Part shown: positions 17,468-27,313 of the stretch, piece after piece
Layout: the number at the start of each line of letters is the position of its first letter
Numbering within the stretch: position 1 is the stretch's first letter
Source: Candidatus Magasanikiibacteriota bacterium
GTDB taxonomy: Bacteria > Patescibacteriota > Patescibacteriia > Magasanikbacterales > GWA2-37-8
Reading direction: 5' to 3'
DNA length: 64,000 nt
NCBI GenBank assembly: GCA_943359595.1
Contig: CALRIA010000002.1
Span: forward strand, 10,417-74,416
The notes under the pieces: generated by a model
Seen by the model: the letters and a program-made list of their open reading frames with translations, nothing else
Databases searched by the model: none
Told to the model about the DNA's origin: nothing
Made by a program: the position numbers and the translations under genes

Positions 17468-17587
17468 ACAATTCAATCTTAAGAATATCAACCATTGCGG
17501 TGTAGTTCCTCACTTTTAGAGGGGCGTCGATATCGCGGCAGTGGTTGGTATTTTTGCTTTACTTAATTATTTATTTTTCAATACCAT

Positions 17588-17701
17588 ATGAAAGTACGCG
17601 CTTCCGTAAAGAAGATCTGTATGAAGTGTCAAACCGTACGTCGTAAAGGCCGCGTGTTTGTTATCTGTGAAAACGCTAAACATAAACAACGTCAGGGTTA
17701 A
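17588..17701 (+). CDS. rpmJ: 50S ribosomal protein L36
   Basis: [37 protein letters not shown] (37 aa). It is not in the ORF track because it is short. It has the zinc-ribbon C..C...C..H pattern and the classic position between infA and rpsM. Confidence 0.9.
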   Translation: MKVRASVKKICMKCQTVRRKGRVFVICENAKHKQRQG

Positions 17702-17729
17702 TTTATTTTTTTATTCACTCCCAGAAATT

Positions 17730-18116
17730 ATGAGAATTGCTAGTACCAATATCCCCAATGATAAGAAGATTGCCTACGCTTTACCGTATGTTTACGGTAT
17801 TGGCCCAACTTTGGCAACCAAAATCTTAAAAGATGCGGGTATCGATGGAAACATTCGTGCCAAAGATCTGACCGAAGCTCAGCAAGATAAATTGCGTGCT
17901 ATCGTAGAAAAAGATTACAAAACTGAAGGTGATTTGCGTCGTGAAATCATGAGTAATATCAAGCGCTTGAAAGATGTTAAATGTTATCGTGGTATTCGTC
18001 ATATGAAACATTTACCAGTTCGTGGCCAACGCACCAAGACTAACTCTCGTACTGTGCGCGGCAATGTTCGCAAGACTGCAGTTAGTGGCAAGAAGTTGGC
18101 TGGTCAGAAGACTTAA
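17730..18116 (+). CDS. rpsM: 30S ribosomal protein S13
   Basis: MRIASTNIPNDKKIAYALPYVYGIGPTLATKIL... The ORF-track start at 17658 is a spurious upstream extension that overlaps rpmJ. Confidence 0.9.
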   Translation: MRIASTNIPNDKKIAYALPYVYGIGPTLATKILKDAGIDGNIRAKDLTEAQQDKLRAIVEKDYKTEGDLRREIMSNIKRLKDVKCYRGIRHMKHLPVRGQRTKTNSRTVRGNVRKTAVSGKKLAGQKT

Positions 18117-18158
18117 AGTAGACGCTTGTTAATTTTAACTACCAGAGATTTATAAAAT

Positions 18159-18608
18159 ATGACAGAAAAAACAACAAATAAAACTGAAGAAGTTTCTGCT
18201 AAAGCTACCAAAGCTAAAGTAGGTTCTTCTAAAGCCAAGAAAAAGAAAGCTGTTGATCGTCAGGTTCCTCGCGCTAACGCTTATATCCAAGCTACTTACA
18301 ACAACACTATTATTACTATCTCTGATCCAAACGGCAACGTTTTGGGTTGGTCTAGTGCTGGTGTGGTTGGTTTCAAAGGTCCAAAAAAAGCTACTCCTTA
18401 TGCTGCTTCTCTAGTAACTAAAGATTTGATGGATAAGATTGCCGCTTATGCGGTAAAAGAAGTTAGTGTATTTGTGAAAGGCATTGGCGGTGGTCGTGAA
18501 GGTGCTATTCGCGCTCTTCATATCAATGGTTTGAATGTAGTGTCAATCAATGATGTAACTCCGATTCCACATAACGGTTGTCGTCAACCAAAGAGACGTA
18601 GAGTGTAA
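18159..18608 (+). CDS. rpsK: 30S ribosomal protein S11
   Basis: ...[13 protein letters not shown]...[15 protein letters not shown]... Confidence 0.9.
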   Translation: MTEKTTNKTEEVSAKATKAKVGSSKAKKKKAVDRQVPRANAYIQATYNNTIITISDPNGNVLGWSSAGVVGFKGPKKATPYAASLVTKDLMDKIAAYAVKEVSVFVKGIGGGREGAIRALHINGLNVVSINDVTPIPHNGCRQPKRRRV

Positions 18609-18633
18609 TTTACCCTATTGTAATTAAAATATT

Positions 18634-19242
18634 ATGGCAAGACAAATTGGACCAAAACATAAATTATGTCGTAAGTACGGTGAAAAATTGTGCGATTCTC
18701 CAAAATGCCCATTGACCAAAAGAGCTTATCCAGCTGGTCAACATGGCCCAAGTAAGAAACGCCCAAAGATTTCCGGTTACGGCAAACAGCTTTTAGAAAA
18801 ACAGAAAGTAAAAAGAATTTACGGTATTTTGGAACGTCAATTTTCCAACTATGTTGCTGAAGCTTCTAAAAAAGTTGGTGATACTAGTAAAATTCTTTTA
18901 AATTATTTAGAATCCCGTTTAGATAACACTGTTTATCGTGCTGGTTTGGCATCTTCTCGTGCCGCCGCTCGTCAGATGGTTAATCATGGACATATTACTG
19001 TAAATGGTGAAAAGGTGGATATTGCATCTTATCGTGTTAAAGTTGGCCAAGTTATTGCTGCAAACGCAATATCAAAGAGTAAAAAATTATTCGAAGGTAT
19101 TACCGAGAAATTACAGAAAGTTGAAGCTCCTTCTTGGTTGGGTGTGGATAGCAAAGCTGTGGGTGCCAAGGTATTAAATGCACCAACAGTAGAAAATCCA
19201 AATTTTAATCCAAAAGTTATTATCGAGTTTTATTCTCGCTAA
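18634..19242 (+). CDS. rpsD: 30S ribosomal protein S4
   Basis: MARQIGPKHKLCRKYGEKLCDSPKCPL... plus S4 RNA-binding domain motifs. Confidence 0.9.
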   Translation: MARQIGPKHKLCRKYGEKLCDSPKCPLTKRAYPAGQHGPSKKRPKISGYGKQLLEKQKVKRIYGILERQFSNYVAEASKKVGDTSKILLNYLESRLDNTVYRAGLASSRAAARQMVNHGHITVNGEKVDIASYRVKVGQVIAANAISKSKKLFEGITEKLQKVEAPSWLGVDSKAVGAKVLNAPTVENPNFNPKVIIEFYSR

Positions 19243-19259
19243 TTATAAATTATTATCTT

Positions 19260-20051
19260 ATGGAGAACTTTCTTTTACCATCAAAAGTAGAATTTCAACC
19301 AGGCGAAACAGCACTTACTGGTGCTTTGGTAATTACCCCATGTTTTCATGGATACGGCACAACACTTGGCAACGCTTTGCGTCGTGTTCTGTTGTCCTCT
19401 TTGTCAGGTGGAGCAGTTGAAGCTTTCAAAATCAAAGGTACTCAACATGAATTTACAGCTGTCGAAGGTGTTCAGGAAGACATTGTAGAAGTAATGTTGA
19501 ATTTAAAACAATTGGCAGTGAAAGTTTATGGTGACGAATCTGTTACTTTGACTCTAACCAAAAAAGGACCAGGTCCAGTGACTGGAGCAGACATTGATAA
19601 AAATGCCAACGCCGAAGTGGTTAGTAAAGATTTGGTGATTTGTAATCTTACCAGCAATAAAACTTTAGAAATGGAAATTATTGTTGGCAAAGGACGCGGT
19701 TTTGTGCCAGTAGAAGAAAAAGATAAGAAAAACTATCCATTAGGTACAATTGTTATTGATTCTGTTTATACACCAGTAAAAGACGTTGGTTATAAAGTTG
19801 AATATACTCGTGTTGGTGATATCACTAATTATGAAAAATTAACTGTTAATATTGAAACGAACGGAACTATTTCTCCTGAAGATGCAGTTAATCAATCAGT
19901 AAAGATTTTGATCGATCACTTTTCAATTATTTTATCTAGTGTCGCTTCTTCACAACCTGAACCTGTTGCACAGGAGCCCGAAGCTGCTTTAGATGAACCA
20001 GTTGAAAAAGGAGAAGAAAAACCAAAAAAGAAAGTTTCTAAGAAAAAGTAA
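19260..20051 (+). CDS. rpoA: DNA-directed RNA polymerase alpha subunit, N-terminal domain only (no alpha-CTD)
   Basis: The RpoA NTD dimerisation/assembly region (GYGTTLGNALRRVLLSSL...). At 263 aa it ends in a Lys/Glu-rich tail rather than the roughly 80-aa CTD. Confidence 0.85.
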   Translation: MENFLLPSKVEFQPGETALTGALVITPCFHGYGTTLGNALRRVLLSSLSGGAVEAFKIKGTQHEFTAVEGVQEDIVEVMLNLKQLAVKVYGDESVTLTLTKKGPGPVTGADIDKNANAEVVSKDLVICNLTSNKTLEMEIIVGKGRGFVPVEEKDKKNYPLGTIVIDSVYTPVKDVGYKVEYTRVGDITNYEKLTVNIETNGTISPEDAVNQSVKILIDHFSIILSSVASSQPEPVAQEPEAALDEPVEKGEEKPKKKVSKKK

Positions 20052-20073
20052 ATTATTAAGGATTTTTATTGAT

Positions 20074-20424
20074 ATGCGACATTTAGTAAAAAAAGCCACA
20101 TTAGATCGTAAAACTGCGGCGCGTCGCTCGCTTTTGGCCAATTTAGCAGAAAGTTTGATTATCTATGAAAAAATCAAAACTACTAAAGCTAAAGCCAAAG
20201 CTTTGCGTTCGCTTATTGAAAGACTAATTACAAAATCCAAACCAAATGATTTGGCTGCCCGTCGTCAATTGATGCGTGTTCTTTATACCAACAATGCCAT
20301 CAAAAAAATGTTGGAAGTAATTGGTCCACGTTATATCACAAGACCAGGTGGTTATACTCGCATTACTTTATTAGGTATTCGCAAAGGCGATGCTGGTGAA
20401 GAGGCGATGATTGAGTTTGTTTAA
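20074..20424 (+). CDS. rplQ: 50S ribosomal protein L17
   Basis: MRHLVKKATLDRKTAARRSLLANLAESLIIYEKIKTTKAKAK... The ORF-track start at 19993 overlaps the rpoA 3' end and was rejected. Confidence 0.9.
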   Translation: MRHLVKKATLDRKTAARRSLLANLAESLIIYEKIKTTKAKAKALRSLIERLITKSKPNDLAARRQLMRVLYTNNAIKKMLEVIGPRYITRPGGYTRITLLGIRKGDAGEEAMIEFV

Positions 20425-20439
20425 TAGTTAATTGAAATT

Positions 20440-20799
20440 ATGTCTACAAATAGAAAAACCATTGAAATTGATGCTACTGGGCAAGCCCCAGGTCGCTTGG
20501 CAACTAAAATTGCTACATTTTTGATGGGCAAACACAAAGTTAAATATACTCCTCATATTGATGCTGGAGACAAGGTGGTGATTACAAATTATGACAAGAT
20601 TGTTTTTACTGGTAAGAAAATGGAACAAAAACTTTATCGTCATCACACCAATCATCCAGGTGGTTTAAAAGAAAAGCAAGCCAAAACCGTGATGGCTGAA
20701 GGCCCAGAAGAAGTCATCAGATTTGCGGTCGCTAAGATGTTGCCAAAAAATAAATTACGCGATCAACGTATGATTCGCTTGCATTTTAAAAAATCATAA
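20440..20799 (+). CDS. rplM: 50S ribosomal protein L13
   Basis: ...IDATGQAPGRLATKIATFLMGKHK... Confidence 0.9.
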   Translation: MSTNRKTIEIDATGQAPGRLATKIATFLMGKHKVKYTPHIDAGDKVVITNYDKIVFTGKKMEQKLYRHHTNHPGGLKEKQAKTVMAEGPEEVIRFAVAKMLPKNKLRDQRMIRLHFKKS

Positions 20800-20801
20800 T
20801 T

Positions 20802-21206
20802 ATGACAAAACTCAGCACAACTGAATCAAATCGCGCTGTCGGACGTCGCAAACGTGCTTCTGCCCGTGTTCGTATTTCAAAAGGTACTGGCAAGATCACT
20901 ATCAATGGCATGGATTTCAAAGCATTTTTACCATATTTTGAATATCAAGATATCGTAATGGCTCCTCTGAAAGCCTTGGCTAAAGAAAAAGATTTAGATG
21001 TTTCTTGCTTAGTTCAAGGTGGCGGGAAAAAAGGTCAGGCAACTGCAGTGCAATTGGGTATTGCTCGCGCTTTAGTTCTTTGGAATGAAGAACTTAGAAA
21101 GACTTTAAAAACTCAAGGATACTTGACTCGAGATCCTCGCATCAAGGAAAGAAAGAAATTTGGTTTGAAAAAAGCTCGTCGTGCCGCTCAGTGGTCAAAA
21201 CGTTAA
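20802..21206 (+). CDS. rpsI: 30S ribosomal protein S9
   Basis: ...VGRRKRASARVRI...GGGKKGQATAVQLGIARAL...ARRAAQWSKR. Confidence 0.9.
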   Translation: MTKLSTTESNRAVGRRKRASARVRISKGTGKITINGMDFKAFLPYFEYQDIVMAPLKALAKEKDLDVSCLVQGGGKKGQATAVQLGIARALVLWNEELRKTLKTQGYLTRDPRIKERKKFGLKKARRAAQWSKR

Positions 21207-21221
21207 TTTGTTTATCAAAAT

Positions 21222-21249
21222 CCTCCAATTCAATTGGGGGATTTTTTTT
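21222..21249 (+). terminator. Rho-independent terminator after rpsI
   Basis: cctccaatt-c-aattggggg followed by T8. Confidence 0.6.
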
Positions 21250-21314
21250 AGTTGTTATTGGTAAATTTTTGTGGTACTATTAAATTCAACCTATCTAGTT
21301 GGAGGGGAGCTGCC

Positions 21315-21530
21315 ATGCCAGATGAATTGGAAACGCCGCTTGAGACTGATCATTTTTTTTGTGTCAAACGCAAAAAAAATGTTTTATTGGGTGAATGTTT
21401 GGAAGAATATATGAATGTCAATGCATTCGTCGATAAAAAATCACCTTGTTATGATTGCCCACAAGGAAAGTCAAATCGGTATTGTTTTGGACACGGGCAA
21501 CCCTTGGAAAAAACTGCGCCAAGCAAATGA
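21315..21530 (+). CDS. Small Cys-rich hypothetical protein (72 aa)
   Basis: GGAGG lies 8 nt before the ATG at 21315. Five Cys residues (C..C...CxxC...C) and an intrinsic terminator downstream. No recognisable family. Confidence 0.35.
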   Translation: MPDELETPLETDHFFCVKRKKNVLLGECLEEYMNVNAFVDKKSPCYDCPQGKSNRYCFGHGQPLEKTAPSK

Positions 21531-21606
21531 GTCTATTTTGGCTCTTAACATTGGTAAGAATGGTAAATGGGTGACCACCACAAGTGTCGCCCCAATAAAC
21601 AAAATT

Positions 21607-21627
21607 CCCGATTTATTCGGGTTTTTT
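21607..21627 (+). terminator. Rho-independent terminator (cccga-tttat-tcggg + T6)
   Basis: Read directly downstream of the small Cys-rich ORF. Confidence 0.45.
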
Positions 21628-21676
21628 GTTTATTTTTTTATTTGATTTATGAGACGTTTTAGGGTAAAATAATATA

Positions 21677-23125
21677 ATGAAATCTTTTACTATTACGCAA
21701 AATACTTCTTTTTTAACGGCCGCTTCTGTTTTACAAAAAGTGATTTCTTTTGTATATTTTACGATTATTGCCAGAATTATTGGTGTGGAAAACACTGGTG
21801 TTTATTTTTTTGCAATCACTTTTACCACTATTTTTACTGTGGTAGCGGATTTTGGAATGGGACCGGTACTAACGAGGGAAGTAGCTCGTTATCCAGATAA
21901 AAGTGAACAATATTTACATACGGCTTTTTGGGCAAAAGTAATGTTTGGCATGGTTAGCTATGGTTTGGTGATTTTCTTTATCAATATTTTAGACTATCCT
22001 TATTTAACAAAATTATTGGTTAGTATTTCCGGTGTTACAATGTTTTTTGATAATTTACATGCGGCTTTTTATTCTATTTTTCGGGCTCGTAAAAATTTGA
22101 TCTATGAGTCGATTGGTATTGTGGCTTCACAGGCAATTACGTTAGTAGTTGGTTCTGTCGCTTTGTTTAATGGTTGGCCGTTGTATTGGTTGATTTTGGC
22201 CTATACTATTCCAGCATTTTTAAATTTTATTTTTTCAGCATTTTTTTTAAAAAAAATATATGGTTTAGTATATCGTTGGTCGTTTAATTTTAATATTTTT
22301 AAAATGTTTTTGGGATTTGCGTTGCCATTTGCACTGGCTGGTATTATCGGACGCTTATATTCCTATAGTGATTCTTTGCTGATGTCTAAAATGCTGTCGG
22401 CTCAGGAACTGGGGTGGTGGAGTGTACCTTATAAAATTACTTTTGCTTTTCAATTTATACCGATGGCTTTATCGGCTAGTGTTTATCCAGTGATGAGTGG
22501 GTTATTTTTAACTCAAAAAGATAAAATCGGTGATTTATTTTTAAAATCTTGGCGTTATTTGTTTACTATTGTTTTTCCAATATCTTTTGGTTTGATGGCG
22601 TTGGCTACTCCAATTATTATTAAATTATACAAATCACAGTTTGCACCCGCTATTCCGGTTCTAAGAATCTTATTGATTAGCCTAATTTTTGGTTATTTAA
22701 GTTTTATTACTGGTGCTACTTTAAATGCTAGTAATAGGCAAAAAACTCAAACTTTCTTATTAGCGTTTGCTTTGGTGGTAAATATTTTTTTGAATCTATT
22801 GTTGTTACCTAAAATAGGTATTATTGGAGCGGCTTATGCGGCACTGTTAAGTAATATTATTTTAAGTATTGGTGGTTTTTGGTTTTGTCGCAACATTATT
22901 TTGATTGATTTTGCTATGTTGTTTAAATATTTTAATCAAACTTTTTGGCCAGCAGTTTTAATGGCTATTTTAGCGTTTTATTTATCCACTAAAATTAGTT
23001 TTTTGATTATTATTCCTCTTGCCGCCATCATTTATGGATTGTTGTTGTTTATTTTTGGTGGAATTGATAGAGAACTAATTTTAAGATTTTATAATAAAAT
23101 TCTTGATTCTAAAAAAGTTGTATGA
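21677..23125 (+). CDS. Oligosaccharide/polysaccharide flippase (Wzx-like, MOP superfamily)
   Basis: 482 aa with 12-14 predicted TM helices. N-terminal motif typical of the Polysacc_synt/Wzx family. Confidence 0.65.
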   Translation: MKSFTITQNTSFLTAASVLQKVISFVYFTIIARIIGVENTGVYFFAITFTTIFTVVADFGMGPVLTREVARYPDKSEQYLHTAFWAKVMFGMVSYGLVIFFINILDYPYLTKLLVSISGVTMFFDNLHAAFYSIFRARKNLIYESIGIVASQAITLVVGSVALFNGWPLYWLILAYTIPAFLNFIFSAFFLKKIYGLVYRWSFNFNIFKMFLGFALPFALAGIIGRLYSYSDSLLMSKMLSAQELGWWSVPYKITFAFQFIPMALSASVYPVMSGLFLTQKDKIGDLFLKSWRYLFTIVFPISFGLMALATPIIIKLYKSQFAPAIPVLRILLISLIFGYLSFITGATLNASNRQKTQTFLLAFALVVNIFLNLLLLPKIGIIGAAYAALLSNIILSIGGFWFCRNIILIDFAMLFKYFNQTFWPAVLMAILAFYLSTKISFLIIIPLAAIIYGLLLFIFGGIDRELILRFYNKILDSKKVV

Positions 23126-24240
23126 GAAGATTAATTATCACTCTAGAATACCCTCCAGTAATTGGAGGCATAGCTACTTATGTTTTTAACTTGGCCTCTC
23201 ATTTGCCAGTGCAAGACACTGTAGTGTATGCCCCAACAAACAAAAAACAAGCCGAGTTTGATTTTAAAAATCCATGGAAAACTTATCGTTTAGATCCGTA
23301 TTGGGGTTTTATTTGGCCAAAATGGTTACGGTTATTTTTTCAGATTATCACCTTGATAAATCAAGAAAAAATTGAGATGTTATACATCAATCATATTCTA
23401 CCAGTTGGATATGTGGCCTATTTGGTGAAGAAATTTAAAAAAATTCCTTTTACTTTATTTTTACACGGTACGGATATTACCGTTGCCGTTGGAAACAAAA
23501 GTAAACGTAATAAATTTATTAAGCTTTGCAAAGAAGCAAAGACTGTAGTTGTAAATAGCGAGTTTTTAAAAAATAAATTATTAGACATAGTAGATAGTTT
23601 GAATGATGTTCGAGTACTTTATCCATGTCCGAGTGATTTATTTTTAGAAGTCCAAGTCGATAAGTTGGAGATTGCAGCTTTACGCTCACGCCTGGCTCTT
23701 GGTGGTAAAAAAGTAATTTTAACCGTGGCTCGCATGGTGGAGGGTAAAGGTTTTCCTCATATGATCAGAATGTTGCCGGAGATTTTAAAAAAAGTTCCCA
23801 ATATGGTTTGGCTCGTTATTGGTGACGGTCCTAAAAATAAAGAAATTTTTGAAATGGTTAAAAAAAATTCATTACAAAATGTTGTACGTTTTTTGGGCAA
23901 TGTTGATCCGCAGGAATTGTACAAATATTATCATTTGGCTGATTTGTTTGTACTGCTGACGCACAAAGATGAGACTCACGAAGAGGGATGGGGAACAGTA
24001 TTTCTGGAAGCGGCTGCCTGTGGTCTGCCGGTGGTGGCGGGAAGAGTGGGCGGTGTCGAAGAAGCGGTGCTGGACGGTCAAACTGGGACGGTGGTAGATG
24101 TTTATAATGATCAGAGTGTTATACCTGGTATTATAAACATTCTAACTCATCAAGATATTGCTCAGAAAATGGGCCAAGCCGGCAAAGAACGCGTAGTTAA
24201 TTATTTTCGTTGGAAAAGTGAGGTTTCAAAATTATTATGA
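23122..24240 (+). CDS. Glycosyltransferase family 4 (GT-B)
   Basis: EGWGTVFLEAAACGLPVVAGRVGGVEEAV is the E-x7-E GT4 signature. Confidence 0.8.
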   Translation: MRRLIITLEYPPVIGGIATYVFNLASHLPVQDTVVYAPTNKKQAEFDFKNPWKTYRLDPYWGFIWPKWLRLFFQIITLINQEKIEMLYINHILPVGYVAYLVKKFKKIPFTLFLHGTDITVAVGNKSKRNKFIKLCKEAKTVVVNSEFLKNKLLDIVDSLNDVRVLYPCPSDLFLEVQVDKLEIAALRSRLALGGKKVILTVARMVEGKGFPHMIRMLPEILKKVPNMVWLVIGDGPKNKEIFEMVKKNSLQNVVRFLGNVDPQELYKYYHLADLFVLLTHKDETHEEGWGTVFLEAAACGLPVVAGRVGGVEEAVLDGQTGTVVDVYNDQSVIPGIINILTHQDIAQKMGQAGKERVVNYFRWKSEVSKLL

Positions 24241-24956
24241 ATGATTTAGTTAGTATCATAATCCCAGTTTTTAACCATGCTCATACGCTTGAGGCTTGCT
24301 TGGGAACGGTGGTGTGGCAGGCTTACAAACAGCCTATTGAAGTTATTATAGTAAATGATGGTAGTACTGATAATTTTCAAGAAACATTGGAAAATATTTT
24401 CGATAAATATCCAGATATTAAAGCTTTAAATCCAATAGTGATTAATCAAGCAAATTTGGGTGCCCCAGCCGCTCGCAATCATGGGTTTAAAGAATCTCAT
24501 GGAGATTATATTATTTTTGTGGATGCCGATACTATTTGTTCTCCACATATGATTGAAACTATGAAGTTGGCTTTAGACCAAAACGCAAAGGCGAGTTATG
24601 CTTATAGTCAATTTAGATTTGGATGGAAAAAAATAAAGAGTCATATTTTTGATTCCGCTCTTTTGAAACAGATCAATTATATCGATGTAACCTCATTAAT
24701 TCGCACCAAAGATTTTGTGCCATTTGATGAATCTATAAAACGCTTTCAAGATTGGGATTTGTGGTTAACAATGTTAGAACAAGATAAAACTGGTATTTTT
24801 ATACCAGAAATACTATATAAAAAAATTGTTCGAGGACGAAAAGGTATCAGTAATTGGTTGCCAAGTTGGTTTTATAAATTACCTTGGAAAACAAACACAG
24901 TGATTGATTATGAACAGGCAAAAAGAATAATATTTAAAAAACACGGTCTTGCATAA
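24237..24956 (+). CDS. Glycosyltransferase family 2 (GT-A)
   Basis: VSIIIPVFN...VIIVNDGSTD...FVDADT is the GT2 DxD architecture. Confidence 0.8.
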   Translation: MNDLVSIIIPVFNHAHTLEACLGTVVWQAYKQPIEVIIVNDGSTDNFQETLENIFDKYPDIKALNPIVINQANLGAPAARNHGFKESHGDYIIFVDADTICSPHMIETMKLALDQNAKASYAYSQFRFGWKKIKSHIFDSALLKQINYIDVTSLIRTKDFVPFDESIKRFQDWDLWLTMLEQDKTGIFIPEILYKKIVRGRKGISNWLPSWFYKLPWKTNTVIDYEQAKRIIFKKHGLA

Positions 24957-24981
24957 GATCGTGTTTTTTTAGACAATTTTT

Positions 24982-26394
24982 TTAAACAGAATAATTAATC
25001 AAATTATTTTTTATTGACGAAAAAAGTGTTATAAAAAGTAAAATACCAAAGACATGGAATAGTCCTGGGCTGGTAATATTAATGATTAAAAAACTATATA
25101 AAATAGCTAAAAATATCTGAGAGTTATCTAAATATTTTGTTTTATAAATTTTATAATTGATGTAAATTATAAAAAATATCCAAGCTGTCAAACCATATAA
25201 TCCCATCTCTGCTAAAATCTCCAAATAACCCCAATCAAAATTTGGTGTAATAATATTAGTTTTAAAAATTGGACTATAAACCGTAATACTATCACCTAAG
25301 CCGCTACCTAAGATTGGGTGTAATTTAATTTCTTCCAAAATTTTTGGCAATAAAAGTAATCTGCTCAGTGAACTTTCCTCCATTTGTGGGCTAGCGATGC
25401 TTTGTAAACGTAATCCAAATATTTCCAAACCAAAGCTTTGACCACGACTGGCCAAAGTGTGAATAATAACAAAAATTAGCATAAAGCCAATAGTTGTCAG
25501 AATTGAAACAGCCAGCCAACGCTTCCATTTTTTAAATGAAAATAATGCAAGTGTTCCAACAGCCAAGGCAACTATGTAAATACGGGTTAGATTATTGGCC
25601 AAAATAAACAATAAACTAAACAAAACAGAAATATTAATTTTATTAATTTTATTTTTTATGATATCACCAAGAAAATAAAGTGCTAGAGGTATAAGCAAAA
25701 GGTGTTCGTTTAAAACTAAACGATAAAAATGGAAATTTAAATCAGTAATTTTTCCAAGAGCCACATCTCGGTACCAATGATAATAATTGTCCTGCAAAAT
25801 AAACAATCCTGATGATAAGCCGGTCTGCGTTATTAAAATCATTAGTGCGTTGCCAAAAATCGCTGCCACAATAGCATGTTTGCCTAGTTCGCGAAACCGG
25901 TCTAATAGCCACAATTCACAAAGTGGAAAATAGTATAATAAAAACAGATAAGGGATAAAATCAGAAAAGATAGCTGAACGTCCATGGTTCATATATAAGC
26001 CTCGCAAAGCGGCTAAACACGCCGCGCCAATTAGCGCTAAAATCAAACTGTGTTCTATCTTGATTTGTTTTAAAAGAGTAATTTTTGTTAATAATATTTT
26101 TTGAATAAAAAATATGGTAGTCGATACTAGCAACAAGGCTGTGCGTAATGAAATAAAACCAAGTTTTAAATAGCCGCCCGATCCGCCTAAAATAATTTCG
26201 AGAGCCACTATATACCAGCCGCGTTCGTCTTTTTTAAAAATCCAGTAAGTGGCCAAAGCTAAAATTAAAAAAGACACCAAGGTGTTTAGTGGATTTTGTA
26301 TTAGCAGTGGTGTGGCGGGGGTAAAAAAAAAGGAAAATAAACGAACTGCAAAATACAAAGCAACAAATTTAGTTATGGTATTTTTGGAGTTCAT
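24982..26394 (-). CDS. Polytopic membrane protein, O-antigen ligase/polymerase (Wzy)-like
   Basis: 470 aa with more than 10 TM helices. It sits beside the flippase/GT genes. Family assignment is tentative. Confidence 0.4.
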   Translation of the reverse strand: MNSKNTITKFVALYFAVRLFSFFFTPATPLLIQNPLNTLVSFLILALATYWIFKKDERGWYIVALEIILGGSGGYLKLGFISLRTALLLVSTTIFFIQKILLTKITLLKQIKIEHSLILALIGAACLAALRGLYMNHGRSAIFSDFIPYLFLLYYFPLCELWLLDRFRELGKHAIVAAIFGNALMILITQTGLSSGLFILQDNYYHWYRDVALGKITDLNFHFYRLVLNEHLLLIPLALYFLGDIIKNKINKINISVLFSLLFILANNLTRIYIVALAVGTLALFSFKKWKRWLAVSILTTIGFMLIFVIIHTLASRGQSFGLEIFGLRLQSIASPQMEESSLSRLLLLPKILEEIKLHPILGSGLGDSITVYSPIFKTNIITPNFDWGYLEILAEMGLYGLTAWIFFIIYINYKIYKTKYLDNSQIFLAILYSFLIINITSPGLFHVFGILLFITLFSSIKNNLINYSV

Positions 26395-26411
26395 TGGTCT
26401 AAAATTATTGG

Positions 26412-27311
26412 CTATAAAATATTTTTAAATCCATTTATAAATTCTTTTGCCTGCATCGGATTTTTTCCTTCAAGTTGTATTTTGATAATTTCAATTGAGG
26501 TATTTTGTGCGCAACCAGCAAATAATTTATCCTGTTGGGAAATAAGTTTACCTTGTTTAACTTTTTCGTGAGCAGGTTTGACTTCTAATAATTTTAAACG
26601 TTGACCGTTGTATTCGGTCCAAATTCCAGGCCATGGAGTAAGTCCACGATAGAGATTATAAATTTGTTCGCTAGTTTTGTCCCAGTCAATTTTACCATCA
26701 TCACGAGTAAATTCTTTACAAAAGGTGGCTTCATCGTGCAATTGTGTTTGTGAGGTTATTTTCCCTTCCACATAGTCACTGGCGGTCTTTATTAGTAGGT
26801 CAGGGGCGATTGCCAATAATTTATTATTTAGTTCTACAAAAGTGTCGTCTGAATCAATTGTAATTTTTTGTTGTTTTAATATATCGCCGTGATCCATTTT
26901 TTCGTCCATCAGCATTACAGTAATACCTGTTTCCTTTTCACCGTTGATTAAAGCTGATTGAATAGGGGAGGCACCACGATATTTTGGTAGTAAAGAAGTG
27001 TGAACGTTAATTGACGCGTGCTTGGCCGTATCTAGGATAACTTTAGGGATGATTAGCCCGTACTGGCAAGTGATGTTTAAATCTGCCGCTGTTGGAAGAA
27101 TGTAATTTTTTAAAGTTTCTGGTTGTTCAATTTTTAAGTTATATTTTTGAGCAATAATTTTTACTGGTGACTTTTGAATCTCTTTTTTTCTGCCAGCTGG
27201 ACGATCTGGTTGAGTAACAACTAATTTTATATCAAAAAGTTTACTATCAATTAGTGACTCTAAAATATGAGCAGAAAAATGATGGGTACCAAAATAAACA
27301 ACAGAAATCAT
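26412..27311 (-). CDS. fmt: Methionyl-tRNA formyltransferase
   Basis: Formyltransferase N-domain (VVTQPDRPAGRK, HTSLLPKYRGASPIQ) with a C-terminal domain. Adjacent to def. Confidence 0.85.
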   Translation of the reverse strand: MISVVYFGTHHFSAHILESLIDSKLFDIKLVVTQPDRPAGRKKEIQKSPVKIIAQKYNLKIEQPETLKNYILPTAADLNITCQYGLIIPKVILDTAKHASINVHTSLLPKYRGASPIQSALINGEKETGITVMLMDEKMDHGDILKQQKITIDSDDTFVELNNKLLAIAPDLLIKTASDYVEGKITSQTQLHDEATFCKEFTRDDGKIDWDKTSEQIYNLYRGLTPWPGIWTEYNGQRLKLLEVKPAHEKVKQGKLISQQDKLFAGCAQNTSIEIIKIQLEGKNPMQAKEFINGFKNIL

Positions 27312-27313
27312 AT

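Noticed and set aside
17470-17587. Possible tRNA or structured RNA between infA and rpmJ (gcggtgtagttcct...cgatatcgcggcagtggttgg)
   Set aside because: It begins tRNA-like (GCGG...tag), but no acceptor-stem complement, T-loop (GTTCGA/TTCRA) or anticodon arm could be paired by eye. It is more likely an ordinary leader.
19993-20073. Upstream extension of rplQ from the ORF track
   Set aside because: It overlaps the rpoA 3' end in another frame. The L17 homology starts at MRHLVKK (20074).
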